Shown in pieces: positions 45,694 through 58,250 of a DNA stretch of 64,000 bases (the first letter of the stretch is position 1; the number at the start of each line of letters is the position of its first letter). This DNA comes from Oikopleura dioica (taxonomy: Eukaryota; Animalia; Chordata), in NCBI GenBank assembly GCA_907165135.1, contig OU015569.1:9176001-9240000 (forward strand), read 5' to 3'. The translations under genes and the position numbers were made by a program. The notes under the pieces were generated by a model that was not told where the DNA came from, searched no databases, and was given only the letters and a program-made list of their open reading frames with translations.

Positions 45694-45926
45694 TGTAAGC
45701 GTCTAAGTACTGCGGTATGCTCTCTATACTAGACGGTTCTCTTGCAGCTAGTCGTAGCCTCTACTGTATTCTTCAATAAAACACGAGAAAGGTAGTTTCC
45801 GATAAAACGTGTATTCTGCACTTTTACTGTGCGCGGACTGAAGCAGTGAACGTAAAAGTGGCAGAGAAGAGCGCGGCGCGAGATCCTGATCAGATCTCTA
45901 ACCGACTTTAGCACTTAGACCTCACA
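45694..45926 (-). repeat. 5' LTR (233 bp)
   Basis: Identical copy of 41888-42120, followed on the minus strand by a PBS-like TGGTGAC. Confidence 0.97.
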
Positions 45927-46845
45927 CATAGAGAATTTCTCGACTTGGTTCGTGCTTAGCATAGATTTATGTGAAATGTGCTTTAGCTTCAAAACGAACA
46001 TTTCCAGGATAAATTCGAGAAGATACTTATTGAATCTCCATTTTCAGCGTACAGAATGGAGGAAAGGCTTCCAATAAGGCATAAATATGGAACATGAAGA
46101 TCTGATTAAATTTCTGACTTAAATTATGATTTATAATTAATAATTATTAATTATGAATGCTCCTTATGGTGAAAAAGACCCCTGCACTATCATCGTCTTC
46201 TGCAGAGAACGTCTTTGGAATGATTCTTATCAAAGCTGATCACTTGGCCTCTGCAACGCCTGATACAGTCTCTTTCCGAGAGCATTGGAAAAAGTGTGAT
46301 GAGACGAGTCTCATTTGCGCATTTCCAAATTTAGGTTCTATAGGACGCTGAAATTAACGTTTTAATGAAAAATAGGTGGTGATTCGCTCCTCGTCTGTCC
46401 AGTCCCGCCGAGAACTACGGAAGGAAGTTTCGATTTTCAAAATGCCAAATCGTTTGTGTCTATCGCACAGGTTCGCAAGATTATTAATCATGGAAAATTG
46501 CAGAGTCGTTTTAGTTTTTCCGAAAAGCGAGCGTAGACTATCGGAGAGCATTCTTGAAACGCTGGAGTTCTCACGGACAAGCAGCGGCTAAAAAGTCCTC
46601 AAAGACGTACATATCGACAGAGGGATCGGGAGTGAGCTGGCTTCACCTACGATTTGATCCTTACCCAAAATACTACTCCTCAGTTTACCGCTCCTCGTGA
46701 ATAAAGAACATGCATATACAAAAAAATTGAAAAACATAAGTTGATGAATAGTTTATTGTACTTTACTTTGAGAAACATGTCTTGAATGAAGGAAGGAAAT
46801 ACTGAAGAGAAGAGAAAGAATGGAATGATGCTTGCGCAAACTCGG

Positions 46846-48865
46846 CTAATCGGAGTCGGAGTCTGTTAGTTCACTGGGGAGATTCACTTCGTGGGCCAGC
46901 TCTCTCATCGGTTTGAATTTACCATCAGCATCTTAAAAGAAGTATTTTATTGAGTTGATTCCTATGTTAGTCTTTACCAACTCCCATCGGTTGTAGCCCA
47001 CTGTCGCCAAGTCGACAGAACAGATTCGCGATTTGGTGAGCCTAAATTATCCTGAAATCACGGAAAAAATAACATTTTTTACCTCCCACTCTTTTTGCTC
47101 GTCGGATAGCCCAGCAAAGATGTCAAGCTTCTGTGGCTCTATTCTTCCAGTCGTTGGATTATATTCGGGATTTTCGATTCCTCTTCAAAAAATAATTTTA
47201 TCGCGTCGTTTAGAATAATTATGCGTCTACTGTGAAGTGAACCTAAGAGACGTCTGGCTCCTCAATGGTCCACGAGTTCCTTGTCGCGCCTTATTTCAAC
47301 TTACTTGTTGCGAGCTAACTTGTTTGCTTGGCTTTTGATTTCAATATCGCGTTGGTAGTCTTCATCGTCGCTACTTGCGTAGTCAAGCTGCGTAAATGCA
47401 CTCTCACCGGACAAGGCGCTGTTCGTGTAAAGAAGGCCCGCCGCATTGCCGTAACCAGTTATATCGATGAACCGCTGAACTTTGTTCTTCGATATGATCA
47501 TGAATAGTTGGGCTAAAAGCAGCTCGTTAAATGTCCTTTGCAAGTAGTGAAACTTACCGGCAAGGGTTTTGATGTCAACGTCCGTGTCCGTAAAGAGGGA
47601 AATCAATCGACCGGAGAACGAGTTACGGTCGTTGGGGAGCTTCTGGTAGTCGCGTTTTTCCAGTTTGAGAAGCTTCTGAAAACGCTTTCTAGCGTGTCGC
47701 GAGCAACTTGTCAGCGAGCAGAGAACTTTCAAGAAGGGAAGCAGTTCTCCTTTGTCAGCTAAAATTGAGGTTAATTGCCACTCGTGACAAGTTTTAGGAC
47801 AAGAAAACGACATTAACGAAACCCAAGTTCAACCAGTTCTATACGGAAGGGGAACAACATCTAGCAACATTACTAAACGACAAACAAGGGTACTAGTCAC
47901 TCATAAAATTACCCAGAAAAGACGTGTCTCCACATACTCTGCGATAAAATTGCTCATAGAACAGATCCAGCTTATGGTAATGGGTTTCAAAGGGAGCCAG
48001 TGGATCGCGCGGTAGGTCGAAAGCATCTTTTAGGAATTTGTCAGGAAGGCGCTCGAGTAATTGTACTAAGTTGTCGACGAGTTGAGTTGATTGGTCATTG
48101 AAGCGTTGCGAGATAATGGAGAAGAGTGAAGAAATAGGTAATAGGATTTTTTGAAAGTTGGATTCATTCGAAGAAACTTCTTTTTGACAGAAAATTACAA
48201 ACAAAACCTGCAGAGTTGGTATTGTCTTGGATAATTGAGACGTGCTTACCTTGGATAGCTCTTTGAGAACTTTGACTTGATAAGGACTTCGAGAATGCTC
48301 GGCCGAGGCGGCGCATACCATCCAAGAACAGAGCTCATCGAGGCAATCTACCATTGCATGCACAAAGTTATTGGAGATTATCGAGCCCAGCGAGAGAATT
48401 CTGCAGAAAAGGAAATTTTCAATGTCGCATGATATGCTTCTCTCTTTTACGTCGTCTACAAATAGGGCCGCGTAAGAGAAGAAGTGCCCCTTGGTCATAG
48501 TGTCGTTGATAACGGGCAGATTGGCCAGAACTTTCATTATTAGAAGTCGCGTGTCGTTGTCGTCATCGCCAGAGAAGAACCGTTCCAGCAGAATACCGAA
48601 TATCTCGTCGTCTGGCCTGGACTGCCATAACCTTTGCATATTGGTCAATCAAGTTTGCTAAAGTGAAGAGCCTTTACCTCCTTATGCGTGAAAGAATGAC
48701 GAGGCTTTCAACGGGCGGTACTCCACTCGTGGAATCGGAAATCTGCTCCTTAGCGATATTGAAAACTTCAGCGAGCACTTCATCTGACTCCTTCTCTAGC
48801 TCTGGTGGAGGCACGTGCCTTAGGCGTTCACAAAACTCCTCCAAATTCGATTTCGAATGGACCAT
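46846..48865 (-). CDS. ric8: Ric-8 / synembryn G-alpha GEF and chaperone
   Basis: Armadillo-like helical body; FIDITGYGNAAGLL; acidic YASSDDEDY; YNPTTGRIEP...GLSDEQKEWE; ends ELTDSDSD*. Confidence 0.88.
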
Positions 48866-50142
48866 TTTCTGAAGAAAATATCACTAGCTCACTCGTCACT
48901 GGTCAGAATCGATTTTGCTCAGCGCGCCGTTCTAATTCTCGATAAGTATACTCTGCTTCGAAAAGAGGTTCTTTCAAAGAACTGATTTGATTAGACGATC
49001 AATATTAAACGATTGTTTTTTTGAATTTCCATTTTATTTAGCATAAGTGAAGGGTACGAGCACTTGTGAGACTTTTTGGCTTTCTTCAAAAAGATAATAA
49101 ATATATAAACCAGTCAGATAGTATCACTAGGAATAGTGGTGAACTTTCATTCGAGACTACAACATACATATTCTTGTTACTGAGCTGATGATAGAGCAGA
49201 TTGTGATTGAGCTTGAAAATCTCTGGCGATGCTCAAGTCAATTTTAAAATCGACCGAGAAAGGCATGACAGTAGTCTACCGCCAAGTAAGTTCGGCTTTG
49301 GATTTGGACTTTTTCTAGTTACAAAGATATAGACAGTGCGGGGAAGCGAGAAAGTTCGGAAGGAGCTGCAGAAAATCCCGGCGGCGCGAAAAATCATTAA
49401 GAACTCAAAACTATAAGATATTTTCTTTGACCTGCCGAGATTTCAAGCAGAGAACCTCCTTAAATTTGGACACTAATACGGTGTTTTTGGACCAAAAGTC
49501 ATTTCTTGGGGATGATCTTGAAAATACGATATAATCAAGTGCGTGAACATAATGAGAACGAAAAAAGCTTTGAACATGAACTTCGCGAAATATGTTAAAT
49601 AGCAGAAAACAAATAATTAAAAGGTAACTTTGAACTTTAGCGAAACAAACTTTTAGAAGAAAGTGATTACATGGGATCATATTTTGATTTTGGGGTTTTT
49701 GAAGCAATTGGGGAGATGTGGTAGTTTTTCATGATGACAGAGTTTGGGTTAAAGAAGAGAAAACAAAAACTTAAGTTGATTGTTGAATGCCGTCTCAAAT
49801 TGAGACTCATTGGAAACAGGAGAAGTAAAGGGGCTTTCAAAGGAAACTCGGGCACCAATTACGAAGATAGCCTTTCATAAATAATAAATAGATGGGAATA
49901 AGAAAATAAATGCTAGAATTAATGAAATAACTTGAATGGAAGGTTTTACAGAGATAAAGAGATGGACCTTTACGAATTAACGGCCAGGTAAGACTTGTAG
50001 TTTTTTGTAAAGCCAGAATATAAAAATGTACAGTGTGTGATACTTAATTTCTGTTAGGGTCAACGATAAAAATTCAATGCTCGTGCAACAATGAGCTGGT
50101 TGACTTTTCATCGCGTGGATATCACCAAATCGACAGACCTGG

Positions 50143-51890
50143 TCATGGGAAAGAAAGAGGAGATGGTCTAAATGGAAATATGGTGCTCTGGTCCGTCATT
50201 GTGGTACTTGAACAGGTAGTGTTTGAACAGTTGGAGACGGCACCAGGCGAAGGAAGCTGGACAAAATTGTTACTATTCAGTGAGTCGTTGTTGCCATTGG
50301 CGTCTATGTTAAGAGCTGAGCGCCAGTAAGAATCAACGACGTTTTCTAGCGCTGAGCAATCGACGGCAGACTCGATTTCAGCTTCGAGACCGATCGAGCG
50401 TAATGCGGGCAGCCTCAGCAATATGCGCGCAAAGCGGCCTTTTCGTTCAGGAAACGTGGACTTAATTATCCTTGTTAGATGACACAAGCCAGCTATATCA
50501 ATTTACCTTGCAATAAGCTTCTAGTGATGCGTAAAGCTTCTCGCGAATCGAGAGAACAGTTTCGGGGTATTGGAGACCTCGCGAGTCCGGGTTGAGGAGG
50601 ATGATCGCCTTCAACGCACCGCGCTCAGTCTCGTCCAGCTGTATTTGTCGGATCTTTGTCATAACATCAGAGCTATAAATACATTTAGATGTATAGAGAG
50701 CAACGAGTTCTCCAGAATGACGAACGCAAAACAGCTAATCTTGGAATTATTAGGCATTCGATCCAAGAGAATCAATGACAAACCTGAGATATCGTTCTAG
50801 GACCATCGTTTGGGGATTTGAAATCTTCGACTGATTGAAAACGAAGTTGAGAATAAGCAACTCGGTGTAAGCCGTCTTTATGAGAACTTTCTGATCGTGA
50901 AAGCTCAAGGACTTGAAGTGTGGAATTCTAGCTGCCCATTTGATGTGACGGAGGTGAAACTGCTGAATGAAATTATCTAGAGAGATAGTTTAAATTTTGA
51001 CTACCTCTGCTGGTCCATTGTATTCTCTCTCCGCCTCGAGGATATCTACTACTGGCATTTCATCAAGAGGGTTTTCGAAGTCTTCCTCGGTGGTAGGGCG
51101 TTTTCGTTCGTCTTGTACAGCTTCCTTCTTCATCCCCGCCATGAGACACTTCTGATACCGACAGAACTGACATCGATTGCGCTGTCTCTTGTCTATTGTA
51201 CAATTTTTCTCGTCTCGGCAGGTGTACTTCAAGCTCTTTCGTACTGTTCTTTTGAAAAATCCCTGAAAGGAAGAATTACTTTATGATGTAGACTGTATAT
51301 TATACAATTTACGAAAGAATTTTGCACTAGTTAGTATTTTCTAATAGGGCGGGTGTTTACAATTCGCCCAATCTTTCCTTTGGTACTTAGAGATTACACT
51401 CGCACAATTAACAGTTCGAGGAGAACCGAGGTCTGCCTTGTAAATAAATACTGAGTCAACCGAGTTCATACTTCTCTTCCTTGATGTAAATTTAAATTAA
51501 CGAGTGTCTCACCTTACAGCCTTCACAAGAGAAAACACCGTAATGTTTGCCACTTGCACGGTCCTGGCAAACAACACACATACGGTTTCCTTCTAATCCA
51601 CCAACGCTGTTTCTTGACGTCGACCGCGGAGGTCTTTTGACATCAACGACGCTATCAGCTTCCATTTTTACGTCGACGTTGTGATTATCGTTTTGTTGAA
51701 TTATGTTTGACGACATGTTTTGATTAGATTGACCAACGACGACGAAAGGATTGTGGCTTAGGATGGAGTTCACCTGGCCCATCGAGGTCATGTGATGGGG
51801 GAGCGGGATGCCTAGTTGATTCCCAAGCGGCATCGGTAGGTGACCTGTATCAATGTCATCTCTGTGAATCTCTTCGATGAACTGGTCCAT
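50143..51890 (-). CDS. rxr: Retinoid X receptor with divergent ligand-binding domain
   Basis: [25 protein letters not shown]|GFFKRTVRK...[20 protein letters not shown]; [34 protein letters not shown] and [17 protein letters not shown]. Confidence 0.95.
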
Positions 51891-53599
51891 TTCTAAAGAA
51901 GTTTGTGTTAAAATACTAAGATTAGTTCTAGCAAAATGGAGAAAAGAGCTTCGTCGTAAAAACTACAGGATGTGGATGCAGATCTAAATTCAGTCTATCT
52001 CAAAAAAAAAACTTATGTAAGCATCAAAATATTTAGACATATCGATTGTCAGAAATTATTTTTTAGCTGTTTACAGACTCCAGGCTGCTTGGCGTCATCG
52101 TGATACGAGAGCATCCGTAAACTGGTTTGAACTGTCTCGGTCTCGTAAAAAACAAATCGAAGCGTAATTGCTTAGAAAATCTTTGACGCCTTTGGCGAAA
52201 GAACTAGATGTGCAATGTTGAGGTCTTGGCTAGACTATTGCGTAAAGATTTCTTTATAAGTCTTTCGTTAGACATTGACAGGCAGAACTCTCGAACTCAA
52301 TCGATGCGCGGTCTCCTTGGAATCCGAACTCTGGTGCGGAAAGATTTTACGGGGTGATTCTCTCACGGGCTTATCTACATTAGGTCTCGTCTGTTAGCTC
52401 ATGACACAGTTACGCCCTATCGCTGGGATTAAACTCACTCACCGTTGCGCAATGACTTTGAATATTAATAATCTTCTATTTGCCTTTTTGCTGCTCTTTT
52501 ACTCTGCCTCTGAAAGGGCTAAGTTGTGATTCGCGGGCCGAAGAAATAAAAAAAAATATGCCCCAGTTACCGAAAACATAAAGTCTATTTTCGAGGGGGC
52601 GCATTGACTCGGGTAAGTCGAGTTGTCCGGCGAACAACTGGCAGAGACGGTATTGTTGAGATGAAGGTGAGTTACATAACTTGGACAAGGGCGCGGCGTG
52701 TTCAGCGCCACCGTGAAGGCGAAGGTCGCTCGGGGTCGCTTACCTCTAAGAAAATCGAGTTCGCGCATTCTAGCTCTCTAGTCAACTCTGGAAGGAGTTC
52801 TCTCTTTTGGCATCTAACTGAAGCCCCGTTGGAAAAGGGGAAGGACTTATACTCTTTTTGGAAATGGCGTCCTTGAGCTAGTTCGACCGTTTACTCGTAG
52901 TAGTGTATAACGGGGGAAGGGGGATAGAGATTTGTGAGAAGAGCGCAGGGTCGAGCAAGGGCACGAGTGTCTACTGCGCTTTCGGCAGATCTAGCGCCCC
53001 AATGGCGCGCGGTCCACCACTTGGTGAGCCACCATCATCCCTGGATAAACTTACTTGAGTCGTTCGTTCTCGCCTTCTTCTTCTCTCAAGCACAGCAGCG
53101 CAGCAACAACAGCCTCGCATGCATTTTACTTCCGGATTTCTTCGTGTTTTCTTTCAACTTTCGCGGCAGAGTATTCTCTGGGTGGAGGAGGGGTCACTCT
53201 CTCGCTGTGCTTCTCGCGCTGCTCCGAGCTCCAAGCACTCTACTCCTTACGTGCCCGGGTAAGGACAAATGCGAGACAGAGTGATCTCGAGCGGCGTGGG
53301 CGAGCGGATCGCAACCCCCGCGCCGTAGAATTCTATCCGCACACTCGCACTTGGCCTCCAAAGAATTTTTCTGCCCTGACCTTTCTTCAACTCGGAGCCC
53401 ATTCGATTTAGCAAAAGTTAGCTAGTTTCAACGACAAGTATATTATATACTGAGTAGATTACGATTAACCTCAAGTTTCTTCGAGTAATCGGCCCTGTTT
53501 TTCGAAAATCTGAAGACAACCTACAAGTGGAACCTTCAAGTTTCCTTTGAGGTTTTTGTAAATGTCATGGTGTTGAATAATCTCATTTTGCAGAACATT

Positions 53600-54059
53600 G
53601 GTCGGAAAAAATATAAATTTTCGATTTTGACAAAAATTTCAACTAGGGGGAAAATCATTATGTTGATCGTTTTAGTCATCATCGAAAACCTAGAAATCAC
53701 CTGGAAAAAACTTTTTTTCATTGCCTGGGGCGATTCTGAGACCATTTTTATAAATTTCCTACGAACTGCCATATCTCACGTGAGAGATGATGAAATCACG
53801 TGATTGATACATTTTTAAAAAGCTCAGTTTCTGAGGATTGGGGGAAAGAAAAAACATTTGAAAAAAGTTGATGTTGACTGGCAAAAATAATTATTTCAAA
53901 TTTTCGGCCAATCAGAAATGTCGATTTTCCGAAATGATTTTTACGTTCCCCCAATCCTCAGAATCTGAGCTTTCGAAAGATACCTTCATCCCTTGGTTTC
54001 ATAAAGTATAACGTGAGCTATGGCTGTTCGAAGGCGAAAAATTTATATTTTTTCCGGCC
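53600..54059. mobile_element. Foldback / MITE-like element with nested inverted repeats
   Basis: Outer arms gg[t/c]cggaaaaaatataaattt(t)tcg (53600-53623 / 54035-54059); inner 27-bp arms aaagctcag[t/a]ttctgaggattggggga (about 53819-53845 / 53947-53973, 1 mismatch). True termini and TSD were not found. Confidence 0.55.
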
Positions 54060-55169
54060 ATTGAGCTTGAAATTTCCCAAAAGCTGCTCGTTCCTATTAA
54101 CCGTTCGTTTTGTGTCCAATATAAACTCATGGCAGGGGCAATCTATGTCCATGGAAAAACTAACGCATGTAAACAACATTAACGAGGCCGACTAAGCATA
54201 AAACCTGCACCTGCATTCTCAGATCTCTCACGTTTGCCTTGAATGTTAGACTAAGATTCGTTACTTCTTTTTCGCCGAAAGTACATCCGAATTTATCCGA
54301 AGTATTTCTGAGAAGTGGGCTTGCTCGCCAAATAATCCATTCAAACAAAGCTTCTGATCTTATGATTTTAGCGGTAATAAAAGTCCTGCCCAGCCCAGTG
54401 GTCACCAAGGTAACATTAGATCAAACTTGCATTTTGTCGACTGTTGGTTACAGACGGAAATAGAATGACAACTCATGAGCAGTGTGTTTATTTTTTTTTC
54501 AAGACGAAATGTTGTTGCGCAGATGGCATGATATTAAATATATTCTGAGCTAGAAAGGAGTCCGATTTTTATATAGCCGGTTTATCATAAATTATCAGAA
54601 GGAACATTTTGAGGGATTTTTTATATAAAGAAAGTTTTTTAAAATAAAATCAAGATTCCCGTATTTCAAAAGAAGAATTGTTATTATCAGGATATCCGGG
54701 TCATGTGGGTAAATGAGTTTGCTTAGTTCAGCTAACACGCGCCATCATTTGAATAACTCGATTGACAGTAGAAAAATAAAAAGTACGAGAGAAAGTTAAT
54801 TATGTAACCATTAGTTTGCTCCGCAAATTACCCATAAATTCAATTAGGCTTTAGATGATCCCCTATTCTCCATGCAGATTTTAAAGTTGAAATAAAAACT
54901 ACAAATCTCAAGAAAAGACGACTCCTCGCCTAATAGTGAAGGAAGGATTGGTGAAGGACTTTGTGGCACGTGTTTGATAAGTTGCAGGCCCATCTGACTC
55001 GAATTTGACGCAGTATCTATTTGACTGCACATATCGCTGCTTCATAATCGATCCGATTCCTGAGAGTAAAAGTTGATAAACGAAGTAATGAATTGTAATT
55101 AATCTAATCATCTGTTGCTTAAGATGCACACTAAATACTTCAGTTGGGAGAAGAAAACAACATGCCTAA

Positions 55170-56260
55170 GTTTGCTCTATATTAGGACGAACTTGTTGAC
55201 CCCTGCTTCTACGCCCGCAGATTCTCGCGTGAAGAAGGTAAGATAAAGAAAACGCACTCACCAACAAACGCCATGAGAATAAAAACCAACCAGGAGATGA
55301 CGATGCAGCCGCCGAAGTCGTAGTAAGGCGGCACTGAATATTGATAAGCGATTTGAAAATCCAGTCACTGGATTCCAGTGTCATCGGCCTCGGGCAACAA
55401 TTCCGCGGACATGATTATGATCTCCGTAATGACCTCGTTGAGCGTTCGGATTTATCAAAAAATACGATATCGCCACTATCAAATCCACTTCTATCGCAAA
55501 ATTATCGCTAAAATCGGTTGATTGAGTAAAGGTTGTTCATGGATTTCCATTAAAAGCTTTCTTTATGTAGCGATCCTGCACTTTCGTACAGTTGTCTACT
55601 AGCAGGCTAAGTGTTAAGATACTACGTTTGTAATGCAAATGCAAGTAATTTTTCACACTAAATTATAAGTTTGCCGAAGGCAGGGGAAAACTGGAACTGC
55701 TTACTAAGCGACTTGTGTTTGGAATGGACGTCCTGGCACGGGATAATTCGACTTAAAAGCAAAGCTGCTGCATATCGCAAATTTCCGTGACAAGGTCGGT
55801 AAAATCCATGCCCAACCGGTTACAAAGAGTCCAAATGGGTTCAAGTATTTAAAAAAAACGTGTTCAAGTTTATGAATGACATTGTGACACTGTGTTCGCG
55901 TGCCGTAAATTCTTTCGAAAAGTTCTGAAGAGACTCCAAAGACTCGAGAGCGATTTCCACTTCGAGTTAGAAGGGGGCTCACTTGCTAATGGCGCTAGAA
56001 GTTAGAGGCGCTATGGACGACGCGTGCTGATGCAACGGTTTAGGAAAAATACTCTGTTCTTACTATCCCTTTCCTTGATTTTCTCAGCAAAATCTGCGGT
56101 CAAGCGAGTAGCCTTTTTTAAGCTTCGCGAGTATTTTTATCCACAATTATAATAATATAAATAATGTTCACAAAAGTATTTTGGAAGCTTGACCAAAGAA
56201 CACCAGCCGCGCCGAAAAGCAGACCACTCATCATCGCGAAGACGGCGCTAAAGTAAGATT
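55170..56260 (-). CDS. Hypothetical multi-pass membrane protein
   Basis: Hydrophobic exon-like segments AVFAMMSGLLFGAAGVLW, GLFVTGWAWILP and YDFGGCIVISWLVFILMAFVGECVFFILP. The gene model is uncertain. Confidence 0.25.
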
Positions 56261-58250
56261 CAAGGACATCAATTTGTTTATCAAATGTCTTTCGACATCT
56301 TGATCCGTTTGTGCAGATCACAGACGATTATGAATGGGATTTTGTGTTCGAAAAACGTAACCAAGGCTGAATATTCTCGCCTTGATTAGTATGTTATAGA
56401 TGTCTTCAATATGAGGCTAGCTGTCATTCTGACGGGAGAAGACCTTGAACCATGCAAAAAGTACTTTCAGACTTTGTTAATAATCATGAAACTGCTGACA
56501 AGGTTTTAATAAATAAGTGATTGAATCTAAGTGACTTATTAGCTGAATCAGCCATTACCTAATGTAACTGATCCACGTTTTTTGTGATGATCCTTTTTTT
56601 AGTTCGAATTGCTCAATAAGAAACACACTCCCGTATTAAAAGTATAAGTAATACCGTATATCGAACATTCCCTTTATAAAACTCGACTAAATCAGCGGAG
56701 ATGAAAATTCCTCCCGTGGAAAGAATGCCAAAGATAGCTCCGAAGGTTGTTGAGATTCGACACCAAAGAACATGCCAGTTTCCTTAAACACTTTTCTTTG
56801 TCTGAAATCAATAAAAGTCTAAGTGCTGAAAGCGCCTGTCAGAATGAGCTTGAAATGCTATTCACGAGAACTAGACACATTGAATTACTTTCAAACTGCC
56901 AGTTCTTCATGAACGAGCGGTAATTGTATTTGCACCGATATGCAAAATCGTTAAATTAAGTCACCTGGAGTCAACAAAGAACGAGGTCGACTGTCGCAGC
57001 TGTATCTGTACGATCCTATGTACAGACATGTTGACCAAAGGCCCTTGTACGTTTTTTCTGTTTCTATTACTCTTTCCGCAACGCTATATACAATATTAGC
57101 TGATAATAATGTACAGACATCCAGTTTACCTTTCCGCAGACCAAAATGGTTCTCTTATCAAGCCTTACCGATTATATTCACAATTCGATAAAATTTAAAG
57201 AACAAGTTCTGTATGAAGATTTTAATAAAAATTCAAGTAAACTGTCCTTATCACGTAAAACTCCAACACAACTGCCGAAATCGCCACAAGAATCTTTGCA
57301 TGGTTTGAAAAACCGAGAGTTTCCTTTGAGAGTTTCTCTTGCGATCAAACCGGTCCAAAACGAGCTCGAATTTGTGTAAATTTCTCTCCATACTATACTT
57401 AAATTTGTCCAATGGATCATTGAGTTCGAGCACACTCAATTTTAGTCGAAATCGATGTTGCAAAGCGGCTTAGCGGATACAAGTCCGTAGCAAGTAAAAA
57501 AAGAAAGACACTAGCCTCAGGACAAACCACAGCGGGACTTCAAACGCAACTTGTCAACTTTCCAAGACGTGCGAATGGATAAGAGAATATTCCAATATAC
57601 AGATATCCTTCAATAATCACCCAAATTGGCAATAACTAACTGGTGACCCCTGTATTCAAAGACAAAAATAAAGACGTCTATGGTTGATAGACTATGGAGC
57701 ATTAAAAATACTCAATATTTTTTGCGCTTGATTGGACACAAATTGCTTTGAAAATTGATATTTCTAATGTTCTATTCTTATCTTCTTGAATTTAGATCAA
57801 AGTCTCGCGTAGAGACGTCGCGATTTCAATTGGCATATAGTCGATTGGCACATTCTTCTGTGAGATTTTCAGTGTAAATGCTCATAAGAATTTCAGAAGC
57901 AAGGCCCGGGGCTCTATAATTTTCGCGCAAAACAGAACTTGTCGTTGGCAGTGTGCCAATGTTACGACCGATTTGAACGGGATTATTAAAAAAATCGGAT
58001 GTTTCGTCTCCTTTGGCAGCTCATTGTCGGTACTCTTAGCTTATCAATGAATCTTTCAAGATCACGGCGCGAAACAATAGAAGAGTTAAATCGGTAATGG
58101 CTTCCTGCCGACGGAATCCGTCCCCTTTGAGAGGTTAACTGCCCTCTGGGTTGGGTCTCGGGCGCACGGCTTTCGCTGGTCGGGCCAAGGTTCTCAATAC
58201 AGGCCAGTTTTTTATTTTTCAGACTTTTCAAATCATAAAAATAAGAGATC

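Larger units (their letters stand above)
41888..45926 (-). mobile_element. Ty3/gypsy (Tor-like) LTR retrotransposon, internally deleted, non-autonomous
   Basis: Identical 233-bp LTRs (TG...CA); 5-bp TSD catag (41883-41887, 45927-45931); PBS-like TGGTGACAATA 2 nt inside the 5' LTR; RT thumb-RNase H-integrase order; no protease, RT core or env. Confidence 0.97.
41799..46700 (+). pseudogene. Five-exon gene (about 205 aa) of a DUF6940-like family, interrupted in exon 1 by the LTR retrotransposon
   Basis: Removing 41888-45931 restores MTDIAMEEHH...KGKPVTH-REFLDL|LQNEHFQDKFEKILIESPFSAYRME|TPAL...FGMILIKADHL...SFREHW...AFPNLG|GDSLLVCPVPP...SIAQ|FFRKASVDYRRAFLKRW...ISTEGSGVSWLHLRFDPYPKYY...*. The family name is from recall and is unverified. 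Confidence 0.75.
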
